A stretch of 59,594 bases of DNA from contig CAYSFS010000001.1 of NCBI GenBank assembly GCA_964430235.1, positions 1-59,594 of the forward strand, in the 5' to 3' direction. This stretch comes from an uncultured Chitinophaga sp. Lineage in GTDB: Bacteria > Planctomycetota > Phycisphaerae > Phycisphaerales > SM1A02. Position numbers and translations under genes: made by a program. Below the pieces are notes generated by a model. The model did not search any database and was not told the origin of the DNA. It was given only the letters and a program-made list of their open reading frames with translations. Shown piece after piece: positions 1 to 9,279 of this stretch. The number at the start of each line of letters is the position of its first letter. The stretch's first letter is position 1.

Positions 1-173
1 CGGCCTCGACCGCGTCGCGCAGGTCCTTGCGGCTCGCGTGCGAGAGGTGCGCCACCAGCTCGCCGCCGTGCCCGTGCAGGGCGAGCGTCCGCCCGCTCTC
101 GGAGCGCGGGAACGCGCCCTTCACGAAGAGCTTCCACGTCTTCAGGACCGGGATGCGCTCGATGTCAGCCATG
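1..173 (-). CDS. aldehyde dehydrogenase family protein, N-terminal fragment (gene runs off the window start)
   Basis: A reverse-strand ATG at 171-173 gives MADIERIPVLKTWKLFVKGAFPRSESGRTLALHGHGGELVAHLSHASRKDLRDAVEA... with strong GC3 bias. It starts 44 nt after the stop of the upstream ALDH gene. It is absent from the ORF track because it is truncated. The family call rests on N-terminal resemblance only. Confidence 0.5.
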
Positions 174-217
174 GGTGGATTCCTCTCGTTCGCGGCGCGC
201 CGGCCGCCGCTCCGCGC

Positions 218-1699
218 TCACTCCGCCAGGTACGCGGCCAGCCCGTGCATGCCGCCCTCGCGGCCGAAGCCGCTCTCCTTGAAGCCGCCGAACGGGCTGG
301 TCGCGTCGAACTGGTTGTACGTGTTGCACCACACGACGCCCGCCTGCAGCCGGCGCGCGACGTCGAACACCTTGCTGCCCTTCTCGGTCCACACGCCCGC
401 GGCCAGTCCGTAGGGGGTGTTGTTCGCGCGCATGATGGCCTCCTCGGGCGTGCGGAAGCTCATCACCGCGAGCACCGGCCCGAAGATCTCCTCGCGCGCC
501 ACCACGTGCGACGGCTGCACGCCGGTCATGAAGGTCGGCCGGCACCAGTAGCCCTTCGCGGGAAGCGCCTGCTGCCCCGGCTGGCACACCGTGCACCCCT
601 CGTCCGCGCCCGCGGCGATGTAGCGCTCGATCGTCTGCAGCTGTCCCTTGCTGTTGATCGCGCCGACGTCCGTGTTCTTGTCGAGGGGGTCGCCCACGCG
701 CAGGCTGCGCATGCGCATCTCGAGCTTGCGCGTGACCTCGGGAAGCACGGATTCCTCGACGAACAGGCGGCTTCCCGCGCAGCAGACGTGGCCCTGGTTG
801 AACCAGATGCCCTGCACGATGCCCTCGATCGCCTGGTCGATGGCCGCGTCGGCGAACACGATGTTGGGGCTCTTGCCCCCGAGCTCGAGCGTGAGCCGCG
901 TGCCGCGCGCCGCGCACGCCTTGGCGATGCGCTTTCCGACCTCGGTGCTGCCCGTGAACGCGACCTTGTCGATTCCCTCGTGCTCCACCAGCGCGCGTCC
1001 CGTGTCGCCCGCACCCGTCACGATGTTGACGACGCCGGGCGGGAGGTCGCACTCCTCGAGGATCTCCGCGAGCCGCATGGCCGTCAGCGACGTGGTCTCG
1101 GCGGGCTTCAGCACCACGGTGTTCCCGCACGCGAGGGCGGGCGCCAGCTTCCACGCGGCCATCAGGAGCGGGAAGTTCCACGGGATCACCTGGCCGCACA
1201 CGCCCACCGGCCGCGGGTCGCCCGAGCCCGGCAGCGCGTAGCGCAGCTTGTCGCACCAGCCGGCGTGATGGAAGAAGTGCTGCGCGGCGAGCGGAACGTC
1301 GACGTCGCGGCTCTCCTTGATCGGCTTGCCGCCGTCCATCGTCTCGAGCACGGCGAGCTCGCGCGCGCGTTCCTGGATGCGCCGCGCGATGCGGTAGAGG
1401 TACTTCGCGCGCTCCTTCGCCGGAAGCCTGGCCCAGGGCTTCAGCGCCTTGCGCGCCGCCATGACCGCGGCGTCCACGTCGGCCGCGTCGCCCTCGGCGA
1501 TCTGCGAGAGCACCAGCTCGGTGGACGGGTTGACGGTGTCGAACCACTTCCCCGAGCGCGGATCGACGAACTTTCCCCCGATGTAGAGCCGCGTGCGCTC
1601 GGGCACCGCGACCGGCACGGTCTCGGGCGCGGGGCTGTACTCCCACGGCGTGGCAGGCGTGGCGGCGGCGTGCGTCGAGCCGGCGGGAGCGTCGGACAT
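218..1699 (-). CDS. NAD(P)-dependent aldehyde dehydrogenase
   Basis: 493-aa ORF with ALDH hallmarks: FTGSTEVGKRI, ELGGKSPNIVFADA (catalytic Glu region) and FNQGHVCCAGSRLFV (catalytic Cys region). Confidence 0.93.
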   Translation of the reverse strand: MSDAPAGSTHAAATPATPWEYSPAPETVPVAVPERTRLYIGGKFVDPRSGKWFDTVNPSTELVLSQIAEGDAADVDAAVMAARKALKPWARLPAKERAKYLYRIARRIQERARELAVLETMDGGKPIKESRDVDVPLAAQHFFHHAGWCDKLRYALPGSGDPRPVGVCGQVIPWNFPLLMAAWKLAPALACGNTVVLKPAETTSLTAMRLAEILEECDLPPGVVNIVTGAGDTGRALVEHEGIDKVAFTGSTEVGKRIAKACAARGTRLTLELGGKSPNIVFADAAIDQAIEGIVQGIWFNQGHVCCAGSRLFVEESVLPEVTRKLEMRMRSLRVGDPLDKNTDVGAINSKGQLQTIERYIAAGADEGCTVCQPGQQALPAKGYWCRPTFMTGVQPSHVVAREEIFGPVLAVMSFRTPEEAIMRANNTPYGLAAGVWTEKGSKVFDVARRLQAGVVWCNTYNQFDATSPFGGFKESGFGREGGMHGLAAYLAE

Positions 1700-1800
1700 G
1701 GCCCGATCGTACTTGCGGGTCCGGAAACGACGCTTCTCGCCGCGGAATCCCGTGAATCGCCAGGGGGGACGTCGGCGAACCCGAGCCTGAGGATCCCCCC

Positions 1801-2640
1801 ATGCTCGTCGCCACGCTCGCGTTCCTTGCCTCCACGCTCCAGCTCATCGGCGATGCGCCCACGGCCGCGCCCGCGCGCCCCGAGGGCGCACCGAAGGCCG
1901 GCGAGTCCGTCCGCCTGGTCGGTGACGCGACCGTGAAGCCGGTGGTCACCGCCGAGGGAGCCTCGCTGCGCGACATGGGCATGGTGGTCGAGGCGCCGCT
2001 GCCGGCGGGCTACCCGGCGCCGACTCCGCCCGGGATGATCGAGCTCAAGACGTACCCCGTGGTGCGCCGCGCCGAGTACTCGGCGAAGGGTTCGACCAAC
2101 TTCGGGATGAACGTCGGCTTCTGGCCGCTCTTCAACCACATCAAGGACCGCGACATCGCGATGACGAGCCCGGTCGAGATGGACTACCGCCCGGAGGGCG
2201 AGCGCACCCCGCTCGACCCGATGGAGGACGCGAGCGGAAGCTGGACGATGAGCTTCCTGTACCGCACGACCGACCTCGGCCCGACGGGCGAGGACGGCCG
2301 CATCAAGGTGGTCGACCTGCCCGAGCTCACCGTGGTCTCGATCGGCATGCGCGGCGGCTACGGCATGGGCACCGTCAATGCGGGCCTCGAGAGGCTCCGC
2401 GAGTGGTTCGCCTCGCAGGACCGGTGGGAGCCGGCGGGCAACCCGCGCGGCCTCAACTACAACGGTCCGCAGGTGCCGATGCGCAACAAGTGGAGCGAGG
2501 TGCAGGTCCCGGTGAAGCGCAAGGCGGCCAAGGCCGATGCGCAGCCGGCCCCCGCCGCGGGAACGACCGCCTCAGGGCCCGTTCCCGCCCCGGCGGCCCC
2601 GGCCGAGGCCCCCAAGCAGGGGACCGTCGGATCGCGCTGA
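1801..2640 (+). CDS. SOUL/HEBP-like heme-binding family protein with a signal-like N-terminus
   Basis: 279-aa ORF with a hydrophobic N-terminus (MLVATLAFLASTLQLIG). The core (IELKTYPVVRRAEYS...FWPLFNHIKDRDIAMTSPVEM...NYNGPQVPMRNKWSEVQV) resembles the SOUL family. The tail is Ala/Pro-rich. The call was made by eye only. Confidence 0.6.
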   Translation: MLVATLAFLASTLQLIGDAPTAAPARPEGAPKAGESVRLVGDATVKPVVTAEGASLRDMGMVVEAPLPAGYPAPTPPGMIELKTYPVVRRAEYSAKGSTNFGMNVGFWPLFNHIKDRDIAMTSPVEMDYRPEGERTPLDPMEDASGSWTMSFLYRTTDLGPTGEDGRIKVVDLPELTVVSIGMRGGYGMGTVNAGLERLREWFASQDRWEPAGNPRGLNYNGPQVPMRNKWSEVQVPVKRKAAKADAQPAPAAGTTASGPVPAPAAPAEAPKQGTVGSR

Positions 2641-3579
2641 GCGCGCGATCACCGCGGCGCCGAGCACCACCATCGCGATCGAGACCAGGATCGGCGTCGT
2701 GAGCGGCCCGATGCGGAACACGCCGGGGTCCGGCTCGCGGAACGACTCGCTGACGTTGCGCAGGACGCCGTAGCCCACGAGGAACGTGCCGGTCAGGGTG
2801 CCCGCGCGCCGGGGCGCCCACCACGCAAGCACCAGCACCGCCATCAGCACGGGCCCGTCGGTGAGGGCCTGGATGAAGTTGTTCGGGTAGCGCGCCGGCA
2901 CCATGGCGGCGATCTCCGCGAGGGCCTGCGCGTCGCCTGCGTACGCCAGGCGATTGAGCTCGGTGGCGCGCTCGTACGCCTCGGGCGTCTGCGCGGCGAC
3001 GATCGCGTCCTCGGGGTACTTCACGCTCCACCACGGCGCGTTCGCCTGCATCGCGGCGGGAAGCACCTTGCCCGGGAGCTCTCCGTTCACCCAGTTCGCG
3101 AGCCGGCCGAACATGAGCCCCGGCGGCGTGATGAACGCCGCCGTGTCGATCATGGCGAGCGCCGGAAGACCGTTCCGCCGAGCAAACCACGTGCACGCGA
3201 TGACCACGCCGGCGATGCCTCCGTGGCTCGCCATCCCGCCGCGGTGGATCTCGAGCACGCCCCAGAAGGGAAGCTCGGCGGAGAACTTCCACAGGAGCTC
3301 GCGGTCGTAGAGCAACACGTGCCCGAGCCGCCCGCCCACCACCGCGCCGAGGATGCATGCCGTGATGAAGTCGCCCGTGAGCGCCGGACGCAGCACGGTG
3401 AACCCGCGCGCCACCAGCCACCGCAGCAGCATCCATGCCACCAGGAAGCCCGCGGCGTACGAGAGTCCGTACCAGCGCACCCCGGACGTGGCCGTGAACT
3501 GGATCGCGAACGGATCGAGCGTGTGGACGATGCTCTCGGCCAGGACCTGCACGCGACGGAGCATACGGAGCCGTACCAT
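2572..3579 (-). CDS. lgt: prolipoprotein diacylglyceryl transferase
   Basis: This is the C-terminal 335 codons of the 981-aa ORF. Lgt signatures are present: HTLDPFAIQF..VRWYGLSYAAGFLVAW, GGRLGHVLLY, HRGGMASHGGIAG and FGRLANWVNGELPGK. The upstream part of the ORF is Arg/Pro-rich read-through. The start could also be 3564 or 3609. Confidence 0.88.
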   Translation of the reverse strand: MVRLRMLRRVQVLAESIVHTLDPFAIQFTATSGVRWYGLSYAAGFLVAWMLLRWLVARGFTVLRPALTGDFITACILGAVVGGRLGHVLLYDRELLWKFSAELPFWGVLEIHRGGMASHGGIAGVVIACTWFARRNGLPALAMIDTAAFITPPGLMFGRLANWVNGELPGKVLPAAMQANAPWWSVKYPEDAIVAAQTPEAYERATELNRLAYAGDAQALAEIAAMVPARYPNNFIQALTDGPVLMAVLVLAWWAPRRAGTLTGTFLVGYGVLRNVSESFREPDPGVFRIGPLTTPILVSIAMVVLGAAVIARSARSDGPLLGGLGRGRRGGNGP

Positions 3580-3585
3580 CGGGCC

Positions 3586-4698
3586 GTGGAGCACGCGCCG
3601 GACGCCCATGGACCGCACGGAGCGCACGCCGCGGAACCGCGGGGCTTCGGCCCCCCGGAGTTCGCGCGCGCCGCGCGCCCGGGCGACCTGACTCCCTTCG
3701 TCCGTGCGCTGGCCGAGGGCCGCACGCTCGCCGAGCACGAGGCCGCGGACGCGTTCCGCTCGATCATGAGCGGTGCGTCGCACCATGCCGAGATGGGCGC
3801 GTTCCTCGCGCTCCTGGCGACCCGCGTCCCGACGGTCGACGAGCTCGTCGGCGCGGCGCGCGTGATGCGCGAGCACGTCGACCGCGTCGACACCGGCATC
3901 GACCCGGCGTCGCTCCTCGACACGGCCGGCACCGGGGGCACGGCAAAGCTCTTCAACGTCTCGACCGGCGCCGCCGTCGTCGCGGCGGCGGCGGGAGCCA
4001 AGGTCGCCAAGCACGGCAACCGCAGCCGCACCGGTCGCGGGAGCGCCGAGGTCCTCGCGGAGCTCGGCATCAACGTCGACGCCGGCCGGGATGCCCAGCG
4101 CCGCTGCATGGACGAGGCAGGCATCTGCTTCTGCTTCGCGATCCACCACCACCCTGCCGCGCGCCACGCGATGCCGGTGCGGAAGGCGCTGGGCATCCCC
4201 ACGATCTTCAACCTGCTGGGACCGCTCACCAACCCGGCCGGCGCTCGCCGGCAGCTCATGGGCGTGTACGCACCGAGGTTCGTGCGGCCGGTGGCCGAGG
4301 CGCTCGCTCGGCTCGGCTCGATCGACGCGCTGGTGATCCACGGGCATGACGGGCTGGACGAGGTGTCGATCACGGCACCCACCGCCATGGCGCGGGTGCG
4401 TGGCGGGGCGGTCGAGCCAGGAACCGTCGAGCCGCGGTCGCTCGGCCTGGCGGAGGCGCCGCACTCCGCGCTCGTCGCGCAGGACCTGACCGACGCGGCG
4501 CGGACGTTGCGTGCGTTGCTCTCGGGCTCCGACCGCGGGCCGCGGCTCGACATGCTGCTGGCCAACGCGGCCGCGGCGCTCGTGGCGGCCGGCATGGCCG
4601 GCGACCTGGCCACGGGTGTGGAACGGGCGCGCGCGGCGATCGAAGGCGGCGATGCCGCGCGGACGCTGGAACGGTTGCGCGACGCGTCGAACGCATGA
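3586..4698 (+). CDS. trpD: anthranilate phosphoribosyltransferase
   Basis: Motifs DTAGTGGTAKLFNVSTGAAVVAAAAGAKVAKHGNRS and GPLTNPAG are present. There is no in-frame ATG ahead of the conserved N-terminus, and GTG at 3586 is the only canonical candidate. The start is therefore uncertain and lies almost back-to-back with lgt. Confidence 0.88.
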   Translation: MEHAPDAHGPHGAHAAEPRGFGPPEFARAARPGDLTPFVRALAEGRTLAEHEAADAFRSIMSGASHHAEMGAFLALLATRVPTVDELVGAARVMREHVDRVDTGIDPASLLDTAGTGGTAKLFNVSTGAAVVAAAAGAKVAKHGNRSRTGRGSAEVLAELGINVDAGRDAQRRCMDEAGICFCFAIHHHPAARHAMPVRKALGIPTIFNLLGPLTNPAGARRQLMGVYAPRFVRPVAEALARLGSIDALVIHGHDGLDEVSITAPTAMARVRGGAVEPGTVEPRSLGLAEAPHSALVAQDLTDAARTLRALLSGSDRGPRLDMLLANAAAALVAAGMAGDLATGVERARAAIEGGDAARTLERLRDASNA

Positions 4699-4766
4699 CC
4701 GGCGCATCGGCACGAACTTCCGCCTGATTCCCGGGTTCGCCGCGATGGCCGCGCCACCATGCGCCG

Positions 4767-7166
4767 ATGCGGGATCGCACGCGCGAACCGGGCGATGCCG
4801 CGCCCACCGAGGCCCCCGGCGCATGGATCGCCGCCGTGGCGATGTTCGCCGGGGCCCACGCGTCGTGGTGGGTCCTCGGCGGGCCCGGCGCGTGGGGCGC
4901 GCGCGACGCGCTTCCCGTGGTCGCGGTGGGCTTGGCCGGCGCGGCGGCGGCCATGCACGCGGCGCTGCGCACGCGGTCGCCGCGCGCCATGATCCGGAGG
5001 CTGCGCATTCCCGCGTCGATCGCCGCCGCCGGTGCCGCGGCGGGCGCGCTCCTCGCGATCGCGGGCCATGCGACCGAAATCGACGCCCCCGTGGATCCGT
5101 GCCCGGTGACCCTCGAGGGATCGGTGGCGACGCACCCACGCCCCGTGGACGAGGGATGCGACCGCCTCGCCCGGTACGTCGTGCGCGAGGCGGGCCAATC
5201 GTTCGTGCTCGCGGCGGACACGGCGTGGCGCGGCGACGAACCCGATCCATGCGGTCTCGAGGTCTCGGTGCGCGTGTCCGGACTCGATGCCCTGCCGGGC
5301 CGTGGGTCGCGCATCCGCGTCCGTGGATGGATGAAGGTGCTCGAGCCGTCGCCCTTCCCCGGATCGGGCCGGTCGCGTCGGCGTGCGACGCTCGAGGTGG
5401 AGTCGTCACGCCTGGTCGAGCGCATCGACGCGGGTCCAGGCTCCGGCATGGTGCGGTCCTTGCGTTCGACGGCGAACGCCGCCTTGGTGGCATCGATGCC
5501 CATTGGAACGCCGGCACCCACGGTCGCGCTCGCCGTCGCGATGACCACCGGGGTGCGGATGCACGGGCTCGACGACCCGGCCGCGGACTTCCGGATTGCC
5601 GGCATGAGCCATGTCCTCGCGATCAGCGGATTCAACGTGGCCGTGCTGGTCTCCGCCGCGTCGGTCGCAGCGCGCGGCATGCGCGCGGGCTTCCGGGCCC
5701 GCGCGTTCGTCGCGATCGCGGTCGCCGCGCTCTTCCTGGCGCTCACGGAGCCCGAGACCAGCGTCCTTCGCGCCGGGTGGGGTGCGGTCATCGCGGCCAT
5801 CGCGGCCATCCGAGGAGGGCATGCGCGCGGGCTCGGGACGCTGGGTGCGGTGGCATGCGTGACCATGGCCGTCGACGTCGAGGTCGCGCGGGGCGCCGGG
5901 TTCCAGCTCAGCTACGGGACCGTCGCGGCGCTCCTGACGCTGACGCCTCGCGCCGAGGGACGCTGGAGGCCGCGAATCGAAGCACTTGCCGATCGCATCG
6001 GCGGCGGCGAGGTGTTCCGCAGCATGACCCATGCGCTTGCCGGGGCCGTGATCGCGTCCACCGTCGCGTGGTCCGTGAGCACGCCCATCGCGTTGATGCA
6101 CATGGGTTCGGCGAGCGGGTGGGCGGTGGCGCTCAGCATCGTGACGATGCCGGTGGCCGCCGCGGTCACCGTCGCCGGATGCTGTGCCATGGCCGTCGGT
6201 TGCGTCGCGGGCGTCGACGCCGCGGGCCCGTTCGGATGGGTCGCGTCGGCCTCCGCCACGCTGCTGCAGTGGACCGCGGCGCGAGCCACCGACCTTCCCG
6301 GTGCGGCATGGTGGAACGGAACGACGCCGGGATGGTGGTGCTGCGCCACGCTCACGTGCGTGGCCGCATCATGGCGGGGCAGGGACGCGAACCGCCGACG
6401 AGCGGCCCGATGGTCCCTCGTGCTGCTCGCCTCCGTGTCGTGGTTCGGGTGGACCGCATCGCACCGCGTGACCCCGAGCGACGGAGCCGTCGAAGTCATC
6501 CGGCTCGCGCTCGGGCAGTCCACATGCACGCTCGTTCGCTCGTCCGACGGGACGATCGTCGTCGATCCGGGAAACGCCATGGACCCGTCCGCGGGCACGC
6601 GACGGATCGTGCCCGCGCTCGCCGAGCTCGGCGTCCGCAGCCTCGACGCGGTGGTGGTCTCGAGGACGCGGTTGGCCTGCATCTCGGCCGTGCCCGAGGT
6701 CATCGATGCATTCGCGCCGCGGGTGATCGTGGTGCGCGCAGCGGACGGTGGCCCGGGTCCGCTCGAGGATCCACGGCGCGGCGCATGGGGCGAAGTGCTC
6801 GCGCACGCGCGGGATTCGGGCGTCTCGGTCATCCAGGCACCGCCCGGCGATTCGGAGGCGATGCGTGGTTCGCTCGGCCGCGCCGCCCATGCAGTTGCAT
6901 GGGCGAACGGCGAACCCGACGACGCCGAACGCATGCTTCTCGTCGGCTCAAGCGCGGTCCGCACGATTCACGCGCCCGACGGGACCACGACCGCGTTCAC
7001 GTGGTCCGATTATGGATGGCGGCCGGCCGACACCACCACCGCGCGGCGCAGCTCGACGCAGTCGCCCGCGATGCTCCCGTCATCCGCGAGCATGACGATC
7101 TCGAACGGCGAGTCCGCGAGTTCCGCGCGGAGTTCGAACGACGCATCGCCCTTCGCCATGCGGTGA
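4767..7166 (+). CDS. comEC: ComEC/Rec2 family DNA internalization channel protein
   Basis: 799-aa multi-TM ORF. The competence-domain motif MSHVLAISGFNVAVL is followed by an MBL-like C-terminal domain (VEVIRLALGQSTCTLVRSSDGTIVVDPGN). The last ~50 codons overlap the convergent gene ending at 7010. Confidence 0.82.
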   Translation: MRDRTREPGDAAPTEAPGAWIAAVAMFAGAHASWWVLGGPGAWGARDALPVVAVGLAGAAAAMHAALRTRSPRAMIRRLRIPASIAAAGAAAGALLAIAGHATEIDAPVDPCPVTLEGSVATHPRPVDEGCDRLARYVVREAGQSFVLAADTAWRGDEPDPCGLEVSVRVSGLDALPGRGSRIRVRGWMKVLEPSPFPGSGRSRRRATLEVESSRLVERIDAGPGSGMVRSLRSTANAALVASMPIGTPAPTVALAVAMTTGVRMHGLDDPAADFRIAGMSHVLAISGFNVAVLVSAASVAARGMRAGFRARAFVAIAVAALFLALTEPETSVLRAGWGAVIAAIAAIRGGHARGLGTLGAVACVTMAVDVEVARGAGFQLSYGTVAALLTLTPRAEGRWRPRIEALADRIGGGEVFRSMTHALAGAVIASTVAWSVSTPIALMHMGSASGWAVALSIVTMPVAAAVTVAGCCAMAVGCVAGVDAAGPFGWVASASATLLQWTAARATDLPGAAWWNGTTPGWWCCATLTCVAASWRGRDANRRRAARWSLVLLASVSWFGWTASHRVTPSDGAVEVIRLALGQSTCTLVRSSDGTIVVDPGNAMDPSAGTRRIVPALAELGVRSLDAVVVSRTRLACISAVPEVIDAFAPRVIVVRAADGGPGPLEDPRRGAWGEVLAHARDSGVSVIQAPPGDSEAMRGSLGRAAHAVAWANGEPDDAERMLLVGSSAVRTIHAPDGTTTAFTWSDYGWRPADTTTARRSSTQSPAMLPSSASMTISNGESASSARSSNDASPFAMR

Positions 7167-8200
7167 CGCACCACCTCGGTGCCGCCGGAGCGCACGACGA
7201 ACGTGAGCGATCCCGCGAGTGCCGCGCGGTCGGCGCGCCGAACCGTCGCGAGCAGCCGTGCCGGTGCGCCGGGCGAGGCGCAGGCCACGCGGACCGGCCC
7301 CTCCATGACGAGCGGGGCCGCATCGAACGCCCAAGTACCCCGTTCGGGCTTGGGTGGCGCGACGGCATAGCGCACGTCGACCTCGCCGTCCGGGACGGTG
7401 GACTCGCCGATGAACGACGTGAGCGGGCGAACGGCGCCCGGAACAAGCTCCGCCGCGACGATCCACTCGCGCTCGATCCGGACCTTCCCGCCGTCCTGCG
7501 AACGTGGGCCCACCAGGACGGCGTCGGCCGGCCCGTTCCATTCGAGCGACGCACCGTCGACCACCGAACCGTCGTCGAGCCACACGCGCACGCCCGCGCG
7601 CGGCCTGGGCGGTGCGACGAATGCCACCGCGCGCACCGCGTCCCACGGGATGGTCGTGGTCGAGCGCGTGCCGCCCGACACGGTCTCGACCATGATTCCG
7701 GAGCCGCCCACGGACTGGATGATCCCGGTGGCGCGGTCGCCGTTGCGCAGGTGCACCACGTCCTCCAGCTCGGCCGGGGGCGGATCCTCGCCCTGCAGCA
7801 CGATGCAACGCGTGATCGACGGGTCGATGGCGCGCTGCTCGAGCCAGTTCGGTTGCCACGCCGCGCGCTCGCCGGACAGCAACAGCTCGCCGACCAGGCG
7901 TTGCCCGTCGTCGAGCACCATCGTCCCGCGCTTTGCCGACTCGAGCCGCCGCGAGTCGTCGCGTGCCCACCCCACCGAGCGATCGCGCCCGGGCGGCACG
8001 TCGTTCGGGCGCACCACGCCGAGCACGCCGTCGGGAGCGATGACGACGAGTCCCGGCACGTCGGCCAGGCGGGGGCTTCCGCGATCGCGGATCTCGGGCG
8101 GCGTGATCCGCAGGGGCGGCGGCGTGCGGCCGAAGAGGTCCTGCGCACCCGCGAGGGGTGCGCACGCCAAGGCGAAGGCGATGGCGAGCGTGCCCTTCAT
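7010..8200 (-). CDS. secreted hypothetical protein (last gene of the MoxR/vWA operon)
   Basis: ATG at 8200 gives MKGTLAIAFALACAPLAGAQ, a clear signal peptide, followed by 396 aa of ordinary composition. I recognise no family. The ATG overlaps the upstream stop (ATGA at 8197-8200). Confidence 0.7.
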   Translation of the reverse strand: MKGTLAIAFALACAPLAGAQDLFGRTPPPLRITPPEIRDRGSPRLADVPGLVVIAPDGVLGVVRPNDVPPGRDRSVGWARDDSRRLESAKRGTMVLDDGQRLVGELLLSGERAAWQPNWLEQRAIDPSITRCIVLQGEDPPPAELEDVVHLRNGDRATGIIQSVGGSGIMVETVSGGTRSTTTIPWDAVRAVAFVAPPRPRAGVRVWLDDGSVVDGASLEWNGPADAVLVGPRSQDGGKVRIEREWIVAAELVPGAVRPLTSFIGESTVPDGEVDVRYAVAPPKPERGTWAFDAAPLVMEGPVRVACASPGAPARLLATVRRADRAALAGSLTFVVRSGGTEVVRHRMAKGDASFELRAELADSPFEIVMLADDGSIAGDCVELRRAVVVSAGRHP

Positions 8201-9279
8201 TGCTGGAAGATCGGCAGGTACCGCTTCGGCATCTGCATGATGATGAGCGCCATCGACGTGCCGAGCGGCTGGCCCCATTGCGGGTCGGCCCAGCTCCCGT
8301 CGAAGCGCTGATGGTCGACCAGCTCGCGCCGGATGCGAGGCCACCACTCGCGCCACCACTGCCCGCCCGCGAGGTACATCGCCTGCGCCGCGTAGTAGTG
8401 CCCGTAGAAGTAGTACGACTGCGACGACGGCCCGCCCCCGTCCGGAGCCGCCACGCGCACCAGGTACCCCAGCCCGCGCGGGATCGAGTCGTCCTCGTAC
8501 ACGCCGGCGTAGAAGAGCGTGGCGACGCCGGCGGCCGTCCGCGGCCATCCGCTGGCCCCGGTGGTGCGCATGTACCGGAACCCGCCGTCGGGGTTCTGGC
8601 ATTCGCGCACGTAGCGCACCGCGTTGTCGATGACCTCCTTCGGGATGCGGATGCCCGCGTTGCGCGCGCTGCGCAGCGCCATCACCTGGCAGATGGTCAC
8701 GCTGACGTCGGCATCGTCGGGCACCGGGTTGTATCGCCAGCCACCCTCGCCGTTCTGGCTGTTCTCGATGAGCCGGACCGCGCGAACCAGCGCGTCGCGC
8801 ACGCGCGCGTCGTCGGGCGACATCCCGTAGATCTCGCCCAGGAACAGCGTGGCGAACCCGTGTCCGTACATGGGCCCGTTCACGCCCTCGCCCGCGACCA
8901 GGCCGCTCTCGGTGACGTGCTTGAGGACGTACTCGAGGGCGCGCTCGACCACCGCGCCGTAGCGCCCGCGGCCCGGCACGTTGCCGTCGGCCATGAGCGC
9001 GAGCGCGCACAGCGAGACGATGCCCGCGTTGTCGCTCATGCGCCCGCGCCCGAAGCTGCCGTCGGCGTTCTGCGACTTCGCGAGCCACGCCAGGCCCCGC
9101 TCCACCGAGTCGCGCCACGCGGCGTCGGTCTCGTCGGTGATGGGGGCGTTCTGGGCGCTGGTGCCCGCGTCCTTCGGTCGCGGCGGCGAGGGCGCCCCGG
9201 GCGAGGCCGGGGACCCCGGGTCCTGCGGCATCCACGGCGACGCCGCGAGCGAGAGCATGAGCGCCATGGAGGCGATCAC
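8197..9279 (-). CDS. secreted prenyltransferase / squalene-cyclase-repeat (alpha/alpha toroid) protein
   Basis: The protein has repeated toroid-type motifs (WLAKSQNADGSFG, NSQNGEGGWRY, ECQNPDGGFRY, HQRFDGSWA) and a signal-like N-terminus (MALMLSLAASPW). The start is either GTG 9279 (GTGA overlap with the upstream stop) or ATG 9267. Confidence 0.75.
   Translation of the reverse strand: MIASMALMLSLAASPWMPQDPGSPASPGAPSPPRPKDAGTSAQNAPITDETDAAWRDSVERGLAWLAKSQNADGSFGRGRMSDNAGIVSLCALALMADGNVPGRGRYGAVVERALEYVLKHVTESGLVAGEGVNGPMYGHGFATLFLGEIYGMSPDDARVRDALVRAVRLIENSQNGEGGWRYNPVPDDADVSVTICQVMALRSARNAGIRIPKEVIDNAVRYVRECQNPDGGFRYMRTTGASGWPRTAAGVATLFYAGVYEDDSIPRGLGYLVRVAAPDGGGPSSQSYYFYGHYYAAQAMYLAGGQWWREWWPRIRRELVDHQRFDGSWADPQWGQPLGTSMALIIMQMPKRYLPIFQQ

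Noticed and set aside
38-1936. 632-aa plus-strand ORF (and the 605-aa minus-strand ORF 165..1982) overlapping the aldehyde dehydrogenase
   Set aside because: The translations are Arg/Ala/Gly/Pro-rich low complexity with no motifs. They mirror a clearly genuine ALDH gene. Long shadow ORFs are expected at about 70% GC.
4511-8311. 1266-aa plus-strand ORF spanning comEC and the operon-terminal genes
   Set aside because: It has Arg-rich junk composition. It is out of frame with the motif-bearing ComEC frame and antisense to two genes that have signal peptides and normal composition.
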